NCBI GenBank assembly: GCA_030649055.1
Contig: JAUSGH010000003.1
Location: 354 to 64,353 of the forward strand
DNA from: a bacterium
GTDB taxonomy: Bacteria; Patescibacteriota; Minisyncoccia; UBA6257; JAUSGH01
Direction: 5' to 3'
Length of the DNA stretch: 64,000 bases
Shown here piece after piece: positions 56,725-64,000 of the stretch. Made by a program: the position numbers and the translations under genes. How positions within the stretch are numbered: position 1 is the first letter of the stretch; each line of letters begins with the position of its first letter. Below the pieces are notes generated by a model. The model saw only the letters and a list, made by a program, of their open reading frames with translations, had not been told where the DNA came from and made no database searches.

Positions 56725-56837
56725 GTTGGCTTGGACAGCTTTATTAGGACGCTGGCGTAGTTACATCCACAAGTACTTCCCCGCTAATGAAGCTAAAAAG
56801 CTCGCAGACTAAAGAAGCTCGTCTACTCCACCGTCGT

Positions 56838-57482
56838 TTACTCGCGATCCTTCAAAATCGGTGCGACAGCTCCTCGGCGTGAAGGTGGCAATACAAGATT
56901 CGGGACGCTCAATAACAACGCCGCGGAAAGTAACGCGAAAATACCCGCGAAAATAAACACCGAGCTATAGCCGATCCACGTTGCCATGATGCCCCCAATC
57001 AATCCCGTGGTACCCACGGCAAAACCGACGGCGGTACTATCCAGCGCGTAATCCAATGAGCGATGTTTTTTGTCCAAATGTCCGGCGAAGAGTGACGAGA
57101 ATGACGGCACATAGAGCGCGAACCCGACTGCCTTCAGCAGTTGCACGGCATAAACGTGCCATACACTCGTCGCCAAGGAAAATCCGAATGCTGAAACGCC
57201 AATAACAATAAGAGAAAGAATCAACGCGTAAAAATCATCCCGTTCCCCATCCGTCTTATCAAGAAACAACGCAATAGGTATTTGCAGTACCGATTTAAAT
57301 ATCCAATAAATCGCCACCGCGATACCCACGGTGACCAGCGTCGCTCCCGCGATATTTCGCACAATGAACACCGAAAATATCGGGTCCAAAAAACCCCAAC
57401 CCGCCCACAAAAATACATCGGCAAGAATAAAGCGCTTGATGAACCTGCTGATGTTGAAATTAAAGGAAAGACCAAACCGCAT
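56838..57482 (-). CDS. Half-size (about 6 TM) MFS-like membrane protein
   Basis: 214 aa, six hydrophobic helices, PIALFLDK motif-A-like segment. Confidence 0.8.
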   Translation of the reverse strand: MRFGLSFNFNISRFIKRFILADVFLWAGWGFLDPIFSVFIVRNIAGATLVTVGIAVAIYWIFKSVLQIPIALFLDKTDGERDDFYALILSLIVIGVSAFGFSLATSVWHVYAVQLLKAVGFALYVPSFSSLFAGHLDKKHRSLDYALDSTAVGFAVGTTGLIGGIMATWIGYSSVFIFAGIFALLSAALLLSVPNLVLPPSRRGAVAPILKDRE

Positions 57483-57487
57483 AAGGC

Positions 57488-59995
57488 CTACACTGGCGCG
57501 TGAAATGTAAACTCCCCGTCCTTCGCGTCAACCGTGACCGTTTGCCCTCTCACGATTTCTTTCCGAAGAATTTTTTCGGCAAACACACTGCGCAATTTGT
57601 TGGAGATGACGCCACGCAATGGACGCGCGCCGAACACCGGATCATAGCCCTGCCGCGCGATTTCCGAAACCGCCGCATCAGTAAACCGCACATCAATCGC
57701 TTGCGCTTCTTTGATGGTTGCGACGAGATCCGCAAGATTAAAAGCTGCAATTTTCTTAATATCATCCGGCGACAGCGTCTTAAACACAATAATACCAGAA
57801 AATCTGTTTAAAAGCTCCGGACGGAAGTAGTCGGTGAGTTTTTTCTTGAGCTCCACGGTGATATCGTTAATATGTTGTCCCGCCTCCAGCGATGTTTTAA
57901 TAAACTCCGAATGCGCATTAGAGGTTGCGATGATGATGGTATTCTGGAAATCCACGGTGCGGCTCAAATTGTCGGTCAAGCGGCCATCGTCAAACACCTG
58001 CAAAAACAAATTCAAAATGTCCGGATGCGCCTTCTCAAACTCATCGAGCAGCACCAAGCTGAACGGCTTTTGCAAAATCGCGTCGGTTAATGCCCCTGAA
58101 ACCGCGCCGTCAGGAGATCCGATAAACCGAAAGAAACTCTGTTTGTCCTGATACTCCGTCATATCAAAGCGCACCATTGCCTCAGATGAGCCGAATTGGA
58201 TTTTTGTGAGGATCTTTGACAACTCGGTTTTACCGACACCGGTCGGTCCCACAAAAAGGAATGTGGCGATGGGACCGCCTTTACGCGACAAGCCGCTGCG
58301 GTATTCGCGAAGCGCGCGCGACACCGCCGTCACGGCCTCCTCCTGATCCACAAGTTTTTTATGAATGAGCTCCTCAAGATTCAACAACTGCTCCGACTCT
58401 TTTTCACCCGCGGCATGAAGCGGCACGTTAATCTTCCGCTCGGCAACCGCAACGACATCCTCGGCGTTCACAAGTTTGTCCCCGCGTTGTGATGCATCCG
58501 CAATCGCCTCTTTGAGCAGCCCTTCGGCGCTTGATGGCAGCGGTCGCTGGCGCAGATAGCGGTGCGCGACGCTGACCGCTTTTTTGATCGCGCCAAAGCT
58601 GATGACCGCGCGATACTGCCGCTCAAAAAGAATGGATTGGTACGCCAAAATTTTTGTCGCGTCGTCTTCGCTGATTTCCGCGACGCGGACATGTTCAAAT
58701 GATGATGAAAATCCGCTTTGCGGTTCAATGTATTGCTTAAACTCTTTGGGATATGTCACTCCGATTGCCGAAAATGCGTCGCCTTGAATTGCGGGAATAA
58801 GAATGTCGGCGATATTCATGCCTTCGGCGCCGGACGTTTTCACGAGGTTGTGAATGTCTTCAATGAGCAACACCACGTTTCCCGCCCGTATGACCTCATC
58901 AATAATCCTCTGCACCCGCGCGCGGAGCGTTGCGGGATCGGCGCCCGCAGTGAGCCGCCCGATGTCCAGCGACACCAGCCGCTTGTCAAAAAGCGGTGCC
59001 GGCACGCGGTCTTTTGCCATTTCAAACGCCAGATGCGCAATCATAGTGGACTTCCCAACGCCCGGCTCGCCAATTAAGAGCACGTTCGAATGCGTCGGGC
59101 GCGAGAGCACGTCCACCATTTGCTCATATTCATTCTTGTGGCCAACGAGAAACCCTACCTGCTCCAAACGCGCGAGGTCGGTTAAATCTTCGCTGTAGCT
59201 ATCAAGCATCGGCGTTGGCCTGGCAGTCCAGGCGCGATTCATCACGCGATGCCGCACATTGTATGGCCCGTGCGCGAGGCCGGTTAAGGTCGCTGGCATG
59301 CGACGCAAACGGGCAAACGCGCGGTGGAACCGGCTGAAAATCGCCGCGTGTTCAAAGTCAGCTGGCGCGACATTGAAAAGGTCAAGCAGATTTTTAAGCT
59401 CGGTGTCGGGAATGGCGCCTAATGCCGCGAAAAGATCTCTCGGAGTAACGTCAAAGCTTTCGTTCCGGAGCGCCACAATAAACGCCTCTCGCGCGAGCGC
59501 CTCCAATTGAAGCGCTGCCGTCTCCTCACGAACCGCCAGAGATTTTTTCTTTATCCACTCGTCAACTTTTGCGGCAAGCTCGTCCGCGGAAATATCCATA
59601 CGCGAAACTGCCGCGCGGATATCCTTCCGCAACAGCAATTGCTGAAACATGAGCAAATAAAAATGCCCGGAAAAAACGCTGACTCGTCGCAGGGCGGATT
59701 CCAAAACACCGAACGACGCCGGGGCGATATAGTCCGCAATATTTACGCGTCCTTTAGGGATGCGGATAAATTGCCGCTCAGCCTGTCCGTAATGGAGCAG
59801 TCGGTCGGCGAAGAAAAGCGCCGCAAGGTAACCGAGACCATTCAAGCGCGGCACATCCGAGAGCAACAACGCAATCGTTCCGGCAACGCCGATGCCATAC
59901 GCGGAGAAGGAAATAAACCGGACCAAAAACCTGCCGGCTTCGCCCATCGCAAGTCGCGGATCGGAAAAATAAAACCGCTGTGTCGTGTTATCCAT
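57488..59995 (-). CDS. ClpA/B/C-family AAA+ ATPase with N-terminal membrane segments
   Basis: GEPGVGKS and GPTGVGKT Walker A motifs, LLDEFEKAHPD, FRPELLNRF, YDPVFGARPL. Confidence 0.92.
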   Translation of the reverse strand: MDNTTQRFYFSDPRLAMGEAGRFLVRFISFSAYGIGVAGTIALLLSDVPRLNGLGYLAALFFADRLLHYGQAERQFIRIPKGRVNIADYIAPASFGVLESALRRVSVFSGHFYLLMFQQLLLRKDIRAAVSRMDISADELAAKVDEWIKKKSLAVREETAALQLEALAREAFIVALRNESFDVTPRDLFAALGAIPDTELKNLLDLFNVAPADFEHAAIFSRFHRAFARLRRMPATLTGLAHGPYNVRHRVMNRAWTARPTPMLDSYSEDLTDLARLEQVGFLVGHKNEYEQMVDVLSRPTHSNVLLIGEPGVGKSTMIAHLAFEMAKDRVPAPLFDKRLVSLDIGRLTAGADPATLRARVQRIIDEVIRAGNVVLLIEDIHNLVKTSGAEGMNIADILIPAIQGDAFSAIGVTYPKEFKQYIEPQSGFSSSFEHVRVAEISEDDATKILAYQSILFERQYRAVISFGAIKKAVSVAHRYLRQRPLPSSAEGLLKEAIADASQRGDKLVNAEDVVAVAERKINVPLHAAGEKESEQLLNLEELIHKKLVDQEEAVTAVSRALREYRSGLSRKGGPIATFLFVGPTGVGKTELSKILTKIQFGSSEAMVRFDMTEYQDKQSFFRFIGSPDGAVSGALTDAILQKPFSLVLLDEFEKAHPDILNLFLQVFDDGRLTDNLSRTVDFQNTIIIATSNAHSEFIKTSLEAGQHINDITVELKKKLTDYFRPELLNRFSGIIVFKTLSPDDIKKIAAFNLADLVATIKEAQAIDVRFTDAAVSEIARQGYDPVFGARPLRGVISNKLRSVFAEKILRKEIVRGQTVTVDAKDGEFTFHAPV

Positions 59996-60332
59996 ATATC
60001 ATAAGACGCAAAAAATAAAGCGGAATTGCCGCCCACGCGAGATATGCCGCGGCCCCTACCGCAATCACCGCGCCATACGCAATAAATCCGACGCCGGTCC
60101 GCACCGCGCGCACGGGAATGCCGATCATGTAGCCGATAAACGAGTAGTCGCGGTACAACGGCTGGAAAAAGTAGCGCAGCGTAATACGCAACGCAAGCGT
60201 TTGATCAAGATATTCCAAGATATTCAAAAATTTTCCGCCGATGGCAAAATAACCCCCGACATACCAGTTGACGAGAAACCGCCAGATACGATAAAAAAAC
60301 CGTCGCACAAGATAGATAACCGCCTGAACCAT
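59988..60332 (-). CDS. Small membrane protein coupled to the Clp ATPase gene
   Basis: Overlaps the ATPase start by 8 nt; WY...LRYFFQPLYRDY motif; TM helix. Confidence 0.75.
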   Translation of the reverse strand: MVQAVIYLVRRFFYRIWRFLVNWYVGGYFAIGGKFLNILEYLDQTLALRITLRYFFQPLYRDYSFIGYMIGIPVRAVRTGVGFIAYGAVIAVGAAAYLAWAAIPLYFLRLMIYG

Positions 60333-60442
60333 ACTTTCAGTATAGACGAGGCATGAACGGTGAGCCACTGGCACGCGCAACTTGCGTGATTGGACAATAT
60401 TGATTATGCTATGGATAGTTTTCGGTCGCCCAACAAAAGGAG

Positions 60443-60697
60443 ATGAACATGGGCTGCCACGATGGGACGCAAACTAGCGAAGAACTCGAGTACGACACGC
60501 TCACGGATCAGCTCCGGAAACTCACGAAGATGTGCAAGGGGGTGTCGCTCAAGGAGTTCACCGCCGGGGACACCGAGATGCTAATCTACTGCTACGGTGG
60601 GGGGGAGCACAACATCCATCATCGGCCGTCGAACGCGACGCTCCGTGAGTGGATTCGCTGTTTGAAGCTGATAGCATACGGCGACGGCACCGACTAG
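60443..60697 (+). CDS. Hypothetical protein
   Basis: AAGGAG SD, downstream hairpin AGCGCCCG...CGGGCGCT. Confidence 0.6.
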   Translation: MNMGCHDGTQTSEELEYDTLTDQLRKLTKMCKGVSLKEFTAGDTEMLIYCYGGGEHNIHHRPSNATLREWIRCLKLIAYGDGTD

Positions 60698-60857
60698 CAA
60701 GCACGAAGCGCCCGGCACTCACGCGAGTGACGGGCGCTCTCATTTTTAAAATAATGCCTACCCCCGCCCTTTTTCCCATACAAAATGTTGACGTTTCTGG
60801 TGCATAAGCTATAAAAACGTCAACATTTGGACATAGACGAAAAAGTGCTTGGGGTTG

Positions 60858-62228
60858 TCACCCGTGCCGTTTGCGATCCTTAACGTTGAACATCTTGACG
60901 ACACCGTATTCACCGTCATAACCCGGAGTGATGGAAACTTTGCCGGCGCGCATACGTTCAATGCCTTCGGCAATTTCCGGCCGCGTCGCGGCGGCGATCT
61001 GCGTGGGCGACGCATCTAAACTCACAACCAATTCTGACCCAAGCGCAATGATAAGTTTTTGATATTCCTTCTGTACGGCTTTACTCTTTGGACCAACATT
61101 CAGCGCTTCGCCGATGACTTCATCCAGCGGCACCGCGCTCCAATATGGCGGACGGCGTGCGTCGCGATACCCATCCTTTCGGTCGGCAAGCCCCGCAACG
61201 CGATGCAAAACCCCGACCGTTACTTTCTGCCCGCATTTCGTACAGATTCCCTTATGTTTTTTTGTTTGCTCTGGAGTCCAAGCAATGCCGCATAACCGAT
61301 GCCCATCGTAGTGGTAACGTCCCTCTTCCGGAAAAAATTCAATGGTGCCGAGAAACTTACCCCCTATGTCATTCTGAGCGGAGCGAAGAATCTCCCGACG
61401 CGCGCGAGATCCTTCTCCGCCCGCTGGCGGATCAGGATGACGGGGCGCTGACGGGATTCCGTTTTTAATTGCTCCTATAATACCGCCGTATGACAACGCA
61501 CAATCAAACACATTCGCCTCGCGCCCGATGCGCTGTAAGCTGTGCGAATCGGAGTTGGAGATCAAGGCAACGTTATCCAAAGAAGACAATCTCCAGTTCA
61601 TCGGCGGGTCGGACGACAACCCTGTTTCAACGGCAAAAATATGCTTTGCGTAGTCGCCAAAACATTCGTCCAATGAATCAAACCCCGACATGGAGCCGAA
61701 CACGGAAAACCACGGGGTCCAGATATGCGCGGGCACAAGTACTGCGCCGTTATGCCCTGAGCCCGTCGAAGGGCTACATTCAAGCACAATTTTTAATAAG
61801 TCCTCGGAATCAATGCCGATTATCGGACGTCCGTCGGATTTCAGATTACCGATGCGCCCCAGCACGGTATTTATTTTTTCAACCGTGGCAAAGTCCGGAG
61901 CGAAAATGAGGTGGTGCACCCGCCGCGTCCTGCCGGCGCGCGAGTAAATACACGAAATTTCAGCGGTGAACAGGAATCGCGTCGCGGTCGCCAGCGTCCC
62001 CTTCAGCGTCTTTTGTTTGAATTGTTTTTTTAACGCAAAAAGTCCCGGCTCCGCTGGCTCAAGTTTCTGCTTCAACTCTTTAAGCCACAACGGATGCGTA
62101 AAATCCCCCGTCCCCATGACCGTGATGCCCTTGTCGTCCGCCCATGCGTCAAGCGTTTCAGGAAGCATCATCGACGACACCGCGCGGGAATACTTGGAGT
62201 GAATGTGTAAATCGGCAACGATGCGCAT
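60858..62228 (-). CDS. PHP-domain protein, endonuclease Q-like
   Basis: ADLHIHSKYSRA, GTGDFTHP, PAHIWTPWFS, ETGLSSDP, SNSDSHS, CTKCG Zn ribbon, PGYDGEYG. Confidence 0.9.
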   Translation of the reverse strand: MRIVADLHIHSKYSRAVSSMMLPETLDAWADDKGITVMGTGDFTHPLWLKELKQKLEPAEPGLFALKKQFKQKTLKGTLATATRFLFTAEISCIYSRAGRTRRVHHLIFAPDFATVEKINTVLGRIGNLKSDGRPIIGIDSEDLLKIVLECSPSTGSGHNGAVLVPAHIWTPWFSVFGSMSGFDSLDECFGDYAKHIFAVETGLSSDPPMNWRLSSLDNVALISNSDSHSLQRIGREANVFDCALSYGGIIGAIKNGIPSAPRHPDPPAGGEGSRARREILRSAQNDIGGKFLGTIEFFPEEGRYHYDGHRLCGIAWTPEQTKKHKGICTKCGQKVTVGVLHRVAGLADRKDGYRDARRPPYWSAVPLDEVIGEALNVGPKSKAVQKEYQKLIIALGSELVVSLDASPTQIAAATRPEIAEGIERMRAGKVSITPGYDGEYGVVKMFNVKDRKRHG

Positions 62229-62293
62229 GTGTTTATGCTACAACCTATCTCTAAAATGGGAAGAGGCGGTCGCTATTGGCGACCGCCTCTTTA

Positions 62294-62503
62294 TCACTGC
62301 CGCGGCAACGGCTCGCCGCACAAACAGCATTCGTTATGCTGCGCGGCACAGTCCGGGCACCACGAAACCGAGAAGTTCGGGTAGTGGATCTGTAGGAAGT
62401 GCTGACAGCGCGCCGCGAGACGCCGTACGGGCTTGTCGATTCTCGTCGCTTCATCGGCGCGCTTATGGCACGAGGGGCACACAACATCCTTCGGCTCGCT
62501 CAT
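62294..62503 (-). CDS. Small Cys-rich (Zn-finger-like) protein
   Basis: CPSC, CQH, CPDC, CCLC; GGGAGG SD; followed by a terminator. Confidence 0.65.
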   Translation of the reverse strand: MSEPKDVVCPSCHKRADEATRIDKPVRRLAARCQHFLQIHYPNFSVSWCPDCAAQHNECCLCGEPLPRQ

Positions 62504-62514
62504 AACTCGCCTCC

Positions 62515-62748
62515 CTAGTTCCGCTCGGCGACGTCGCCGATATCACACGGACGGACCTTCCTAGGATGCGGGCATGGAATCTTGCGAAGTTCGCCTTTTG
62601 TCCCGACCGCGGGGCATGCACGACAACGGTACTGCGACTGCCCATCGGGATGCTCTCGCACACAGCGCACCTCATCGTGCGTGCCGATGCCGATGCCTTT
62701 CTTCGCTCGCCGCCTCGGACGCGACAAGCCCTTCTTTCTCTTTTTCAC
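62515..62748 (-). CDS. Small basic Cys-containing protein
   Basis: GGAGG SD before GTG; CRAC...CPHP. Confidence 0.55.
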   Translation of the reverse strand: MKKRKKGLSRPRRRAKKGIGIGTHDEVRCVREHPDGQSQYRCRACPAVGTKGELRKIPCPHPRKVRPCDIGDVAERN

Positions 62749-62867
62749 TACAGACCCTCCGAAAGGAAGAAATCGTAGAGGGAGTTTCTACCAGAAGTAT
62801 GCAAAATTAGGAGAAAAAACACAAGAGAATACCCCCGATCGCTTCAAGCGTTCGGGGGTATCGGAAC

Positions 62868-64000
62868 TTACGCGTAGATTGTGCGGCTCTGTCCCCGCAC
62901 AAAATTCAGGAGGTAGTTCGGGCCGCACACGCCGAACTGAGACACGATGCCGGAATTTTTCCATCCGGCAAAAGGCTGTTCGCCGGGCCAGGCGCCGGTC
63001 GTAGCACCCGCCTCGCGGTTCACATAGAGCACGCCCGCATCTATGTTTTCCAGGAAGTGCGCCACTTCCCCACTATCGAAACTGAAAAGCCCTGCGGTAA
63101 GTCCGTACTCGGTGGAGTTTGCGATTTCCACCGCTTCGCGAATGCCTCTCGCATACGTCCGAACACACAGCACCGGCATGAACAGTTCCTCGTAGTGGAG
63201 CCGATGATTTGCAGGCAAACCGGAAACGATGACCGGCTCGGCAAAGTAACCGCCCGGCGCATGTGACTTTTTCCGGATTACCGGGACAATCACGTCCGCG
63301 CCGCTCTTCATGAGCTCATCACGAACACCGAGGTAACGCCCGTACGCCCTCTCATTGATGAGCGGCCCAAGTGTCACGTCATGTTCGCGCGGATCACCCA
63401 TCACGAACTCCTCCTCGGCCGCTTTGACCACCGAGGCAATTGTTTTTTCCTTCAGCGACTCGTGGACGATGAGTACCGAGCATGCGCTGCATTTCTGCCC
63501 GGAGTAGCTGAACGCCGAACGCGCGACGCCGCGCCCCATCGCCTCGAGAGATGAGGCGCTCGGTGTCACGATACAGCTGTTTTTCCCGCCAAGCTCTGCG
63601 ACAATCTTCGGCGCAGGCTCAGAATGATCAAGTGCCCACTTCAGATGGGAACCGACCTTTTTTGATCCGGTAAACGCAAGCCCGGAAATGTATCCCCGAC
63701 TCTCACGCATGCCGCATTCAAAGTCACGATCGGACGCAATCACGCAGGCAAACACGTCCCGGCCGAGAGATACGTTGTTCATATGCTCACACGCGTCAAT
63801 AAACGCCTGATGCAAGCGCGTTCCCGTGAGCGGCGCATCCAGCGAAGGCTTGAACACCACCGCATTGCCCGTGAGAAGCGCTCCGGTGCACATGCCAACC
63901 GAGAGTGCCATCGGGAAGTTGAACGGCGCGATGACGGCAAACACACCCATCGGGCGCATCACCATCGTATTTGCCTTCGCTCCCACGCTCGTTTTGAGCG
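62868..64000 (-). CDS. Aldehyde dehydrogenase, 1-pyrroline-5-carboxylate dehydrogenase-like (5' part outside the window)
   Basis: IAPFNFP, FTGS, AELGGKN, FSYSGQKCSACS, EELFMP, TTGAWPGEQPFAGWKNSG. Confidence 0.9.
   Translation of the reverse strand, partial: LKTSVGAKANTMVMRPMGVFAVIAPFNFPMALSVGMCTGALLTGNAVVFKPSLDAPLTGTRLHQAFIDACEHMNNVSLGRDVFACVIASDRDFECGMRESRGYISGLAFTGSKKVGSHLKWALDHSEPAPKIVAELGGKNSCIVTPSASSLEAMGRGVARSAFSYSGQKCSACSVLIVHESLKEKTIASVVKAAEEEFVMGDPREHDVTLGPLINERAYGRYLGVRDELMKSGADVIVPVIRKKSHAPGGYFAEPVIVSGLPANHRLHYEELFMPVLCVRTYARGIREAVEIANSTEYGLTAGLFSFDSGEVAHFLENIDAGVLYVNREAGATTGAWPGEQPFAGWKNSGIVSQFGVCGPNYLLNFVRGQSRTIYA

Overview
64-kb chromosomal segment of a bacterium that looks like a Patescibacteria/CPR (Parcubacteria-type) organism. 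This is inferred from gene content and style: PaaX/Cas2-like regulator, membrane-anchored Clp ATPase, half-size MFS, IleRS with an inserted phosphatase domain, core genes without Shine-Dalgarno (SD) sites. The backbone is housekeeping: tyrS, clpP, tig, hppA, nusA, tpiA, mreB-mreC-mreD-mrdA, proS, rseP, frr, holB, a second mreB, murA, rnj, trpS, ileS, argS, smpB/tmRNA, infC-rpmI-rplT, polX, an EndoQ-like nuclease, and tRNA-Gly and tRNA-Leu. Interspersed are many self-contained orphan gene cassettes (own promoter, SD, terminator). Most notable: (1) an unassigned ~394-nt highly structured ncRNA candidate (35907-36300) with its own sigma70 promoter and terminator, directly followed by five divergent secreted SmpA/BLIP-like paralogues separated by repeated hairpins; (2) a family of integrase-less elements with shared end motifs inserted at the T-loop of tRNA-Gly, tRNA-Leu and tmRNA, some empty and some carrying cargo; (3) REP-like palindromes and 7-8-nt tandem repeats inserted in frame in essential genes; (4) a PaaX/Cas2-like gene bracketed by two identical 42-bp perfect palindromes; (5) a four-gene tandem array of exported HEXXH zinc peptidases. 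All calls come from reading the sequence; no database searches or folding programs were run.
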